From assembly GCF_009914755.1 (NCBI RefSeq), contig NC_060932.1: DNA of 64,000 nt; one strand, 5' to 3'. Made by a program: the position numbers and the translations under genes. The number at the start of each line of letters is the position of its first letter. Position 1 is the first letter of the stretch. This document shows, piece after piece, positions 1 through 21,229 of the stretch. Below the pieces are notes generated by a model that did no database searches, had not been told where the DNA came from, and was given only the letters and a program-made list of their open reading frames with translations. The DNA comes from the human T2T-CHM13v2.0 reference genome, Homo sapiens.

Positions 1-260
1 AATGGCACAATCACAGCTCACTGCAACTCTTAACTCCTGGGTTCAAGCAATCCTCCCGCCTCAGCCTCCCAAGCAGCGAGGACTACAGGCATGAGCCACC
101 ACGCCCAACTAATTTTTAAATTTTTTGTAGAGATGAGGTCTCCAAACTCTTGGTCTCAAGTGATCCTCCTGCCTCGGCCTCCCAAAGTGCTGGGATTAGA
201 GGCCTGAGCCACCACACCCTACCAGAATAAAGGGATTAAAGGGATTTTAATTTTATCTAA

Positions 261-602
<342 letters not shown>

Positions 603-882
603 TGATCTACCTGCCTCAGCTTCCCATAGTGCTAGGATTACAGGCATAAGCCACCGTGCCTGGCCCTCACTCTTACATTTGTTTTACTGCGTTAATACTT
701 TATTTTACTGTTCTGTAGCATACTAATGATGTATAAATTTGTTTCTGATACTTTATGTTTAGAGTTATTACAACATGAAAAGCCACACATCTCCAGCTAA
801 GAAAAAGGAAGAGGGTTAAGATAACGGAAAATGCAACAAATAATCCTACCAATGGCAGCTAATTGCCGAAATCCAGTTTGCT

Positions 883-1375
883 TGCTATGGTAGCCAGTCC
901 CTAAGATGACCCCAATGACACTTGCTTCCTGGTATTCACACCCTATGTGGTAAGGTGTACACCCTATGTAGGCCCCTCCCACACTATAGCAGCAGAATAT
1001 GTAACCTACAGAATATGGTAAAGATGATAATATGTCACCTTCTGATATTAAGTTATAAAACACACTGCCTGTGGCTTCTTTCTTGGGCATGCCCTCTCAC
1101 TCTTAGATCACTCACTCTGGAAGAAGCCATGTCATGACACGAACAAGCCCATGGAGAGGATCTCCTGGCAAAGAAGTGAAGCCTCCTGCCAGCAGCCCCA
1201 TGAATGAACTACCAAGCAAATTCTTCAGCCCCAGTCTATATCTTGACTACAACTTCATGAAAGAACCTGAGCCAGCTAAGCGACTCCCAGAATCCTGACC
1301 CTCAGAAACAATGTGAGATAATAAATGTGTAGTTTTAAGCTGCTATATTTGCTAAAATTTGTTATGGAACAATAA
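883..1375 (+). mobile_element. MLT1-type (ERVL-MaLR) solo LTR in VIRMA intron 2
   Basis: MLT1-like start (tgctatggtagccagtccctaagatgacccc) and end (aataaatgtgtagttttaagctgct...ttgttatgg). Subfamily uncertain. Confidence 0.6.
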
Positions 1376-1673
1376 ATGACAAACTTTTTTTGGCCAAAAG
1401 CAGTACAATTAGAGAAGACTGTTGGATATACTATCATTATCCAATCTTCCTCATTCTACACAAAGCTCCCTTTACAGGAAAATCAGGAAGAAACGTATAG
1501 GGAAACTTGAGTTAATTTTCTTAAACATGGAAAAAAAGATATGAAGTCAATTATAATGATCCTTCACTATAAACATTAAAGATCTTTCTTGTGTATCTTT
1601 TAATTTTTGAAAGATGCCTATGAAGACTTTATACCTATTTCTACAAATAATGAACTATTTTCCACAATTATGA

Positions 1674-1910
<237 letters not shown>

Positions 1911-2118
1911 TAGTAGAGACGGGGTTTCTCCCTGTTGGCCAGGCTGGTTTCGAACTCCTGACCTCAGGTGTTCCTCCTGCCTCGGCCTCTCAAAGTGCTG
2001 GGATTACCAGTCCCAAAGTGCTGGGTCAGACCAGTCTGATCAATATGGTGAAACCCCATCTCTACTAAAAATACAAAAAATTAGCCAGGTGTGGTGGTGG
2101 GGTAATCCCAGCTACTCA

Positions 2119-2223
<105 letters not shown>

Positions 2224-2650
2224 TCAAAAAAAAAAAAAAAAAAAAAAAGGAGTAATAATAATAATAATAATAGTAAGATACACTTATAAATATTTCAACT
2301 AATTCCCACTTATTTTCAAGAGAAAAATCAGGTTAAAAATACTTCATCTACCTGGTTACACCACCCCAGGATATTTTAGAAAACGTAAACCTAACACCAT
2401 CAGTTAAAAAAAAAATGAATAAAGAAAAATCTTATCTAGTACACAGGTCAAATAATTACTGTTTTCAGGTTTAAGATGATATATGCATTATACAGAAAAT
2501 ATAGAGCCAATTACAATGCAGCATAACCATAATTGAATAGCTTCAGGATTTTATCACTTGTAAAATATTCCCTTACATTTTTGCATTTAAGAATATGTTT
2601 CTAAGACAATCTTTAACCAAAAAATACTTTTAAAAAGAGAGTTGACTTAC

Positions 2651-2766
2651 CCATATGCTCTATTGTCTGGCAGACTGCTATGGGCTCTTACTCCTGGGGG
2701 TATGACTCGGACTTCATTGATATAAACCACACATGGAAAACGAACCACATCTATATGAGAACTTTG
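2651..2766 (-). CDS. VIRMA: VIRMA coding exon 2, QSSHIDVVRFPCVVYINEVRVIPPGVRAHSSLPDNRAY(G)
   Basis: 116 nt exon with a pyrimidine tract, ttacag| acceptor and |gtaagt donor. It is in frame with exon 1 (phase 0) and continues the VIRMA sequence. The gene continues off the left end of the window. Confidence 0.97.
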
Positions 2767-3214
2767 CTGTAACAAAAAAAAAGCCGGAGGGGGAGGGGTT
2801 CGGAACATTATGTAAAACAGTTTCTCTATTCAAATTTTATTCATTCACAATGTCACATGTAAACTTAACATTCCATATCATTAAATATCATTAAATATAT
2901 TATTTACAGTGTTGTATAAATAGCTGATAAGATGTACTTACTTAAGTTTCTCAATTTGCCTAACATTTTCTGCCATGCATTTACTTCCCTGCTGATGTTT
3001 TGCTTAGACTAATATAGACACAGAGTCCCTTATCTGAAATCTCTGGAGCCAAATGCCTTTCAGAATCCTGACTTTTTGATTTCTAGAAAGATAATATAAT
3101 CCAAATATTGCATATTACTTTAGACCCCCAGTGGCTTCTGCAGCAGCACCCTGTAATCAAAACATTAATATTCTGCAGCCACACGTATCAACATTCACAC
3201 TAAATAAAGATTAT

Positions 3215-3537
<323 letters not shown>

Positions 3538-5373
3538 TCAGATTAGACTGCATGGCCAAATGAATTCAGGGTAGGGTTTTGTGTTTTTTGGTGTAAGTTT
3601 TTTGCCATTTTTGAGTTTCTGAATTATAGATAAGAAACTGCAAATCTGTACTTAGATCAGCTTACTTTGTTAAACTTACATACCAACTAATATCAAGGGA
3701 TCAGGGAAAGCATTTAGGTACTGAATAGCCGAGATAAACCCCTCCTAAAATTAAAAAACAAAACAAAACCACAAACTAAGAGTTTATTATATAGAAAAAA
3801 AAATAGAAGCAGAGGTGCATGCCTGTAACCCTAACTACTCAGGGGGCTGAGGTAGGAGGATCACTTGAGCCCAGGAGTTTGAGGCTATAGTTAAGTTATG
3901 ATATGATCGCCTCACTGCACTCCAGCCTGGGTGACAAAGTAAGACTCCATCCTGGGGAAAAAAGAAAAACAAACAAAAAAAGAAACAGCATAAATTATAT
4001 CTAGTATATACTTACATCTATCATTTGACACAGGATTAGGCAAATATAATTCTTGTTTTCAATAATTAAAAAGAGAGTTTTCAAATTGTTTTTGGACAAT
4101 TTTATGTCAACTTTTCCTATTACTTCAGTCAACTGTTATTACCAAGTGGTCAAAGTCCATCATGAGAAGAATGGCTCACATTATTTGCATCTAGAAAGAC
4201 TGAGTCTCGCTATAAAGAATATCATGCTTACCAACAATGAATTTAAGGATTTACAAATAGCCTTTCAAAATCTATTTTGTTTGTATATAAAAGAGTTTCT
4301 GTATTTGCTGCTACCAGTTGTTAAATATTTATTTCTAAATATTTATTAAATGTCGACTATGTTCCAAAGTATGCTAGTTCTGAGGCTACAAAGACAAGAC
4401 ATAATCTCTGCCATTATGGAACAGACAATCTGTTGTGGTAGACAAGTAGATAAATTGCCATGATACAGACTCACAAAGGATGCTATGAAAATTCAGAGGG
4501 GTATTTAGGTCCCCAGCCCAGGTTGTAGGCAAACAAGGGAGAAGGCATGCACAAAAGGAATGCAAAAGAGAACATGGAACATTCACAAAAGTGCAGGCTG
4601 GGAGCCATGGCTCACACCTGTAATCCCAGCACTTTGGGAGGCTGAGGCAGGAGGATCACTTGAGGGCAGGGTTCAAGAAGATCAGCCTGGGCAATATAGG
4701 AAGATCCTGTGTCTACAAAAAATTAAAAAATCAGCTGGGCATGGTAGCACATGCCTGTAGTCCCAGCTACTCAGGAGACTGAGGTGAGAGGATCACTTAT
4801 GCCCAGGAGGTCAAGGCTGCAGTGAGTCGTGATGGCACCACTGCACCCCATCCTAAGCAACAAAGCGAGACTCTGTCAAAAAAAAAAAAGGGAAAGAAAG
4901 AAATTGCAAACATAGTTCATCATAGCTAGAGGGCAAAATAGCAAAACAGGGGAGGAAAGCAGAGAAGAGTAGCTAAGAACAACCAACAGAATTACAAAAA
5001 CAAGATTTTCATCCACAGCCAGAGGACAATTCCCAATCTGTATCTCCATCTAGGACCTCTCTCCTGAGCCCCAGGCTACTATATCCAACTGCCCACTCAG
5101 CCTCTCCATTTCAATGTCCCTTGTGCACCAAACTCAACAAATCCAAACTGAATTCTCCTACATTAGTGATGGCATCACCATCCACATATTGCCCAAGACA
5201 TTATTATCCTGGACTTCTCATCCTCTCTCTTCTATATCATCTATCTATTCAAACACTAAGTCCTATTGATTAAAGCTCTCCTCCATTCTGGCTGTCACTC
5301 CTTTAGTTCCATATACTACATCACTCCAATATGAATTACAGCAATAGGATCCTAATTGATTTTGTGCTTCTTT

Positions 5374-5596
5374 TTTAATTTTTGTTTTTTAAATTTTTAT
5401 TTCAATAGTTTTTGGGATACAAGTGGTTGTTTACATGGATAAGTTCTTTAACGGTGATTTCTGAGATTTTAGTGTACCTGTCTCCCAAGCAGTGTGCACT
5501 GTACCCAATATGTAGTCTTTTATCCCTCACCCCCGTCCCAACCTTCCCCCTCCGAGTCCCTAAAGTCCATTGTATCATTCTTACGCCTTTGCATCC
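5374..5596 (-). mobile_element. Short 5'-truncated L1PB 3' end
   Basis: Similar to the L1PB 3' end at 14300. TSD TGTGCTTCTTT at 5363-5373 and 5597-5607. Confidence 0.75.
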
Positions 5597-7412
5597 TGTG
5601 CTTCTTTCTTGCCTCCCATCAACACATTCTCCTACTGAAGTATGGTCTTTCTAAACTATAAATGTACCACTCCCCTGATCTTACTGCTGCCAAGCCAAAT
5701 TCCTAGGTCTTATAAACAAGACTGGCTTCTTTATTGCTCCAAACTTATATCCCTAGCTTACCATGCTTTTCTCATTTTTATGCCCTCACTCATGATGTTC
5801 TCTCTGCTTGAAATCTATCACATCCTTCTGCCCCAACTCCTTTTACAAGTAAACTTTCTCTTGAAAGCTGAGCCAGATCAAATCTAGATAGGTGCCTCTC
5901 CTCCTAGTGCCTAAAGTCCTTTATCTAGCTGAATTGTAATTGCCTCTTATCTCTCCCATTAGACTATGTGTTTAAAGAAGACAGACCTATGTCTTAGTTT
6001 ACTGTATATTCATAGTGCCTAGCATATTCATTTAATAAATGAATTTTTAATAGGCACTTGATTAATGGTTATTGAATTGTGTTTTCAGAGAATTAAAAAC
6101 AAAGCCTAGGAAAACAGGTTAACAATGGGAAATCATGGAAGGTTCATGATCAGGAAAGTAACAGGAATATGAAGAAGACTGGTCAGATTCCACAACTCTG
6201 AGCCACAATTATCTTTGGAAGGAGTCATTTACCTGCATGTTTAAAGGTCACAGCATAACTGTTTCCCTTCCTTATTCTTCTATCCCTGCAATTATCTTCT
6301 CTTTCTACCCTCTCCTTTAGCTATCACATCTACTGCTACCACTTCCTTTTTCACTTCTGCAGATGAGTTCCTAATTGGTTTCCTGAAGTAATTTTTAAAT
6401 GACCTCTAAAATACAGGATTTTCCAGTATCGACCTAGTCTCCTAGGACTGTATTTTAACCCAGCACTTCCACACTGGAAAGTACTATTAAAAAAATAACT
6501 AAAAATGTGTAAAACAATTTAGCTTCAAGAATATTACACACCACTGTAAAGTCAGAAACCTAAATGTATGAGAATTTAGTATATAAATAATAGCATTAAT
6601 ATCGTAGCACTTTGGGAGGCCAAGACAGACAGATCACCTGAGGCCAAGAGTACGAGACCAGCCTGGCAACACGGCAAGACTCCATCTCTACCAAAAAAAA
6701 AAAAAAAACTTTAAAAACTAGACGGGCATGGTGGTGTGCACCTATAGTCCTAGCTACTCAGGAGGCTGAGGCAGGAGGATCGCCCAGGTCAAAGTTGTAG
6801 TAAGCCATAAGCACACCACTGCACTCCAACCTGGGCAACAGAGCAAGACCCTGTTTCAAAAAATATATATAGCATTACCACTTAAAGAATATTACACAGC
6901 CAATAAAAAAGGATATTATATAGAATATCTAAGGAGAGAAACAAGATGGTTAGGGGACAGTGATGAGACTTACTTTTTACCACATACTCTTTTGTACCTT
7001 TTGTATTTGTACCTCATACATGTATTACCTAGTCAAAAAAAAAAAGAAAATTTAAAAAAATAAGCTTACTTTTGAAATATTATATAGGTGTATTACTTCT
7101 TGATTCACAAAGATGTACAACACATTGTTAGGTGAAAAACGAAACCACAAAACAGTATTACAGTATTGTAATATTAACGTGGGCAACGGGTGTATACATT
7201 TAAGCATAATATTCACTAGAGGATTTGGAAAAATATTAATATAAAGACAGCTGTTAATTACAGTGTAAAATACAAAGTAAAAGCTGATTACAATAGGGAG
7301 AGATACAGAAAGGAAATTAATTCACTCATCAACAGGAATATACAAATACAATAGCTTTCCACTCATATACTTGTTTACCAAATAACCTTGCTTAAATCTG
7401 ATTTTAACTTAA

Positions 7413-7685
<273 letters not shown>

Positions 7686-8753
7686 TAGCCAGGATGGTCT
7701 CAATCTCCTGACCTCGTGATCCCCCTGCCTCAGCCTCCCAAAGTGCTGGTATTACAGGCATGAGCCACCGCGTTTGCTATGTTGCCCAGGCTGTCCTCCA
7801 ACTCCTGGGCTCAAGTGATCCTCCCACTTCAGCCTCCCAGGCTGGGGCTACAGGCACACATGCCACCACACCTGGCTTATCTTGCATTCTTGATTTGTAA
7901 TGTTAAGTGTTTTTTCATTCACGGGAACACTATTCCCTCACAATCAAATTGTCTTTTAATAAGTTTAACTGCTTATCTTCTGAACTCAGTGGATTGGCCT
8001 TATAAATGTGTATCAATTCTTTATGTGGAGAAGAGGAAATTATTGGTAAAATAAATACAATACCAAAAAAAGAGCTGTTAATGGCAGCTGGCAATAAAGA
8101 TTCCCTGTGTGAAACTAATAAATGTCTCTTCTCTACCATATTACAAATTCCTTTGAAATCAAGGGCAATGGGCTTTGTTCTGACTTGTATTGCCCCTCCT
8201 AAAGCCATACCCTCACCTTCAAAAGTGTTTTTCATAAATAATTGTTAAACAGATTCTCAACTTCCTATGGGGCAAATTAATCTGGCTAATTATCCCGTTC
8301 CCATCAAACTCACTTCCACACTCTTACCATCATTAGTCCCACTAGTTCTCCTGTCTCTAAAACTAGAATTTTACCATTTTTAACTACCCTATCTCCTTCA
8401 CATAATCAGTTGCCATCCTGTCAATTCTATACTCGAAATTTGTACATATCCAAAACTTGTATAAATCCTCTCCTACGTAGTTCCACTGGGACACAGCATA
8501 GCACTGCCTTAGAGCCAGAAAAATGTATGATGGTGGATCTTAATCTAGCTATGCTATTTTAGGAAAGTCACCTCATCTCTCAGGCTCAGTTTCCTTATCT
8601 ATAAAATGTAGATGACTACCTTTGAAAACTCAGCGTGGGCCCTGCAGTGGCTCACGCCTGTAATCTTCGCACTTTGGGAGGCTGAGGTGGGAGAATCGCT
8701 TGAGCTCAGGAATTCAAGACCAGCCTGGGAAACATGGCAAAACACCGTCTCTA

Positions 8754-8996
<243 letters not shown>

Positions 8997-9108
8997 TTAA
9001 GCATTCAATAAATGTTAAACAATGCTTACTGCCCATTGGCTAACTCAGGTTTTCATAACATCTCACTTTTTCTCTCTGATTTTGTCACCTCACCTCTATT
9101 TTCTCTGA

Positions 9109-9294
<186 letters not shown>

Positions 9295-9526
9295 TAGTAG
9301 AGACAGGGTTTCACCATGTTAGCCAGGATGGTCTCGATCTCCTGACCTCGTGATCCGCTTGCCTCGGCCTCCCAAAGTGCTGGGATTACAGGCATGAGCC
9401 ACGGCGCCTGGCCTTCTCTGAACCATTTTAAGTATTATTGATCAAGTAATCTATCTAATGTATCTTACTAATTGTATGATTCGCCTGCTCAAAAACTACC
9501 CATTTCCTACAAAATAAAGTCCATAA

Positions 9527-9841
<315 letters not shown>

Positions 9842-11979
9842 TAAAGTCTGTAATTCTTTGTTGAGCATTCAAGGAGCTCCATGATCTGTCTTTGAATTGC
9901 CTTGGGTGCCACTTCACACTGCTACTTCAAGCATACCCTAACAGACGACTGACTACCCCAGTAGAATGCCCTCCTTTCCTAACTACAACTGTGAAATATT
10001 GCCCCTTTCACCAAAGACCAAGTTCATAAGCCAAACACCTTGATGAAGTCTTTCCTGATACACTCAAATGAAAAGTTATCTCTGCCTCTTCTGAAATCTT
10101 GTATCTTTTATTTATACCCACAAAGGGAGCTAGTTCTAATACGTCAGATACTGATGGGCATTTTGTAAACTAAGATGATAAACCCCAACGAATTCACACT
10201 GTGCTTCTTTATGTGATCATCACATTCTAACTCAAATCACAATTTTGTGAATCTAATCTCCAATACTGAGTTATAACTTCTTGAAAACAAACATTTCAAT
10301 ATTTCGTATCACCCACAAACCCCTACTTCCTCCTTCAAGACTTGATTTAAATGTGATCTCTGCTAAGCCTTCCCCAATCACCCCAGAAGAAAGCATTTAC
10401 CATCTGCCCTATGCTCTCAAGGTATTCAATGTTTACCTAAGAATGAATAAAAGAATAGAAATACATGATAAACTAATGAAGGCCAATTTTCCTAAACTAG
10501 AATAGTACTAAACTAATTCATCACATGCCTCTTTCTCTTTTTCCTTTTTCTCTTTCTTCCTTTCGAGACAGGGTCTCACTCTGTTGCTCAGGCTGGAGCA
10601 CAGTGGTGTGATCTTAGCTCACTGCAGCCTTGAACTCCCAGGATCAAATGATCCTTCCACTTCAGCCTCCCGAGTAGCTGGGGCAACAAGATCAAACCAC
10701 CACAACTAGTTAATTTTCTTTTGTAGAGACAGGGGTTGCACTGTGTTGCCTAGGATGGTCTCAAACTCCTGGACTCAAGCAATCCTTCTGCTTCCGCCTC
10801 CCAAAACGTTGAGATTACAGGCATGAGCCACTGCGCCAGGCTCTTTCAGTTTTAACTGTTCTCTATTTCTATACACCATAAGTTTGTTCTGATCCAACTA
10901 CTGCCTCCATTGAGGGTTTTCTAAATCTCGGCTAGAATGTTAGATATAGTCATTGAACAAACAGTGCTAACTGACCCACATTAAATGTCAGACCATAAAT
11001 TAATTGTCAGTAAGAAATGCTAACTCAAAGTTCTCCAACTTTTGACTTTTACAAACCTATAAACCATTCGTTAAATTAGATCACAGCTGTCAACTTTTTA
11101 TTTTGCCAAGTAAAGCATTATGATACGATCACTACCCACTATCATTACTATCTCATAAAAGAAAGAACATTTTAAACATTTTCCATTCAAATATTTATTG
11201 AGCACCTACATTTTGCTAATACTGTCCTAGGCACTGGAGATACAGCTGAGAAAAAGAGAAATTATATCTGTCCTCAAAAAGCTTGATACAAGAGCACACT
11301 TGATAAAAATAAAAGGAAAAAAATAATCTCCAAAGAAAGAACAGTTCTCTAAATTAAGCTTACATTAAGACAGAAAAATGTGAAGTTCGTTTTTTTTTTT
11401 AACAATTTCTCCGTAGACTTCATTCAATTTCATTTTTGGTCTGCTTTCAGGAATCTTTAGTTAACCAGCTATGTTTAATCTACATATTGCAGGGCCAATT
11501 GTACATTAAGGGGCGCTCAAGTAGTTTTGTACAGAAATATTACTCCACAACATTCCACCTCCAACCTCAAAGGAGATGTCTGCTGATGAGTTTAACTATA
11601 ATTCTCTCAACTCTCCCCTCTTCGCAAGTATTCTCCGTGAATGCATCTCATTCCTAATGTGTGAAATCTCTCCGAGAGACAAGTATTAAAGTTTCAGGCC
11701 AAATCGGAGAGCACCGTAATCCTAAACCAAGTAAGTGTCACAACTGGGGAACATAATTCCCGACAGAAAAGAGGCCAAAGAGAAAGGATTTAGAAACATC
11801 GTGATTCGGAAACCACGAAGCCAACGTAAACTGCTCAGACTCCGGCACTACTGTCAAACACTACTGTCAAACCAAGACCCCTCCCAAACGCCATCTGAGG
11901 TAAACCTGAGAACCCTGATCCTTCTCAAGGCCCAAACCTGACAGGAAAAATAAAAAATAAAGCCATGCAAGCAGAAAAG

Positions 11980-12680
11980 CCAACTCGACCAAAGACACGG
12001 AGGGCCCAAGTTAAAGCAAGGAAATGAAGGGGCTGCTGCAGCCCTCCCTCAGACGCGATGCTCACACAGCTCGGGGGAGGGTGTCTGTGTGTAAGCGAGA
12101 AATTAAAGAAGCAATCTGCAGAAGGAAAAGTCGAGAACGCCTAACGGTTTTTTTGTAAAGATCCCAAGTCAAGAAGCAGCGTCAGAATCAAGTCGCCAAG
12201 CCTTACCTCAGCGCTCGGGTGTTTAAAAGTATCTAAAAATAACAGCTCCATCGCCGAGTCCACCGCCATGTTTGCCGCGGGCGGGGAACAGGGGGGAGGA
12301 CTTCCGGGGCAGCGCTCCAGCCTCCGCGACAGCGACTCAGGAGAGGGAGAAACAGAGGGACTTCCGGTGACCAGAGCACTAGCGCCGCAAACCTCGGCCT
12401 ATCCCAACGCATCTTGTTGCCCGGAGTTGCCGGCCCCGCCTTTTCCAGCGCGGCGGAGGGCGCCCCCTAGAACGCAGAGGGGGGGCAGAGGGAAGTGAGA
12501 TGGGGACTACGGGGTCTCCAGTGGTTCAAACCCTGTCGTTCCTCCGCGTTACAGAGCTACAGCGGTCTCCGGGTGGCGAAGTGCGGAGACGGGGTTTTGG
12601 AGACGGTGGATGGAGGAGGGGGAGGGAAAGCTGCCAACTTTGGATACCAACCCCGTACACCCACCGAAGGGGATGTCCCA
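11980..12680. promoter_or_regulatory. CpG-island, TATA-less VIRMA promoter (probably bidirectional)
   Basis: CpG-rich non-repeat sequence around exon 1. ETS/GABPA motifs ACTTCCGG at 12300-12307 and 12360-12367, GC box at 12434-12440, YY1-type CCGCCATGTTT at 12263-12273. Boundaries approximate. Confidence 0.85.
12207..12269 (-). CDS. VIRMA: VIRMA (KIAA1429) coding exon 1, MAVDSAMELLFLDTFKHPSAE
   Basis: Reverse complement reads caaacATGGCGGTGGAC...GCTGAG|gtaagg: 21 codons, strong Kozak context and a canonical donor. The peptide matches the recognised VIRMA N-terminus. Confidence 0.97.
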
Positions 12681-14298
12681 CTTTTTCCAGCGCTGGGAGC
12701 AAAAAGATAACAGTGAGCGAGGTTGAAAAGTAAGACATTGATTTAAATAGAAGAAAAACTGTTGTTTCAACCAACGAAGAGATTCTTTGTTTTCTTATCT
12801 GTAAAATGTGAAAAATCGTACCTAACCTACAGGGTGATTGTGAGGAGTAATTGAAATAAAATTAGAGGAATTGTGTAACGTGAAGTACCAGGAACAATAA
12901 AACAGGAGGCAGAATGAAAAGTAAGCCTCTCTGTCGGGTGTTGATGAGCTTTGGAGCAACGAGATAAACTCAGCGGGTTTGGTAGTCTAAATGGCACAAA
13001 CCCTTAGCAGAGCAACTAGGAAATAGCTTGTAAAATTACACGTGCCTACCACTCTTCTAGGAAAATTCTCGCCCACGTATCTACAAATACAAGAATATTC
13101 ATAGCAAACTTTATAAGTTGCAAAAGAGCAGGAAACATAAGTGCCATTGACAGAAGTAATAAGTAAACAGTGGCGTATTTATATAATAGTATATAGCAGG
13201 TACGAAGAATGAACCAGTGCTATGTTTACTAGCATGAAAAACCCAAAAAACAGGGTTGGTGGGCGCTTTGGCTCACGCCTGTAATCCAGCACTTAGGGAG
13301 GATGAAGCGGGAGGATCGCTTGAGCCCAGGAGTTGGAGAACTGCCTGGGCAATATAGCGAGACCCCGTTATTCACAAAAAGAAAAAAAAAAGACACAAAC
13401 CAAAACAAAACAAGTTTAACTCCTCTCATCGCAAGCCGGGTGCGGTGGCGTGTTCCTGTGGTCCCAACTTCTCGGGAAGCTGAGACAGGAGAATCTCTTA
13501 AGCCCAGGAGTTGGAGGCCAGTGGGGACACCCATCTCTTAGAAAAGGAAATAAAAAATATATAGTGTAAAATAACATCTATATATTTAAAAACGTGCAAA
13601 AGAATATAAAATTTTAGGAGTGTACATATGTCATGAAATTATAAAGTCATGTATTGGAGTAACTAAAATTTCAAGATAGTGGTAAACTGGAAGGAGATGT
13701 AATGGAGAAGAACAGAAAGGCTTCACATGCCTTGGTAATGTTTTGTTATTTAGGTTAATGTTAATTTCACAAGCATGCCTTATATTATTGTTTGTACCTT
13801 CTGGTATGTCTGAAATATTTAATAATAAATGAATTTCTAAAGTAAATCTCCTCTCCACATCCTTCCTCAGCCATCCAGTTTCCTCTATTAGCTAGCTATA
13901 GTTTATCTTTTATTATTTGTTCTTGCATTGATATTTATTGCTTTTAATATTTTTCTGTTTTCTGATTCTTGCCTCTTTTTTTTTTTTAGAAACAGGGTCT
14001 TGCTTCGTTGCCCAGCCTGGTCTCAAACTCTTGGCTTCAAGCAATCCTCCTGCCTCAGCCTCCCAAAGTGCTGTGATTATAGGCGTGAGCCACCGTGCCC
14101 CCCCCCTTCTTCTGTGTTTAGGCTTATATGCTGTTCTCTAATTTCTACCACTGATGTTTATTTTTATTCATATTTCTTATTTATTACTATATGTATTTAT
14201 ATAAATTTTCCCCTAAGCTCTCCCTTAACCAATGTACTATATAGTGCTTTTATAGTTGTCATTTTTACAGTCTGATTTTCTTAGCATTGATATCCTTT

Positions 14299-20604
<6,306 letters not shown>

Positions 20605-20676
20605 TGATATCCTTTGTGACCCAAAAGTAGTGTGAGTTAGCTATTTAAAATTAATAGACTAAGTTTAGAGCAGTTT

Positions 20677-21229
20677 TGTTACCAGAAAGTGGTCCCGATC
20701 TAGACCCCAAGAGAGGGTTCTTGGATCTCTTGCAAGAAATAATTCAGGATGAGTCCATAGATAGAAGTGAAAGCAAGTTTATTAAGAAAGTAGAGAAATA
20801 AAAGAATGACTACTCCATAGACAGATCAGCCGCAAGGGCTGCTGGTTGCCCATTTTAATGTTTATTTCTTGATTATACACTAAACAAGGGGTGGATTATT
20901 CTTGCCTCCCCTTTTTACACCATATAGGGCAACTTCCTGACGTTGCCATGACATTTATAAACTGTCATGGTGCTGGTGGGAGTATAGCAGTGAGGACAAC
21001 CAGAAGTCACTCTTGTCACCATCTTGGTATTGGTGGGTTTTAGCCGGCTTCTTTACTGCAACCCGTTTTATCAGCAAGGTCTTTATGATCTGTATCTTGT
21101 GCTGACCTCCTATCTTATCCTGTGACTTAGAATCCCTAACCGTCTGGGAATGCAGCCCAGTGGGTCTCAGCCTCGTTTCACCCAGCCTATATACAAGATG
21201 GAATCTCTTTGGTTTAAACACTTCTGACA
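20677..21229 (-). mobile_element. MER41 solo LTR, MER41A type
   Basis: Minus strand starts TGTCAGAAGTGTTTAAACC...CATTCCCAGACGGTTAGG. 4-bp TSD GTTT at 20673-76 and 21230-33. Lacks the tandem-GAS segment of MER41B. Confidence 0.82.

Noticed and set aside
20677-21229. MER41 as an interferon-gamma/STAT1-inducible enhancer for VIRMA
   Set aside because: The minus strand reads aaaaaggggaggcaagaataatccacccc, without the tandem TTCnnnGAA segment found in MER41B, so it is the GAS-less MER41A form.
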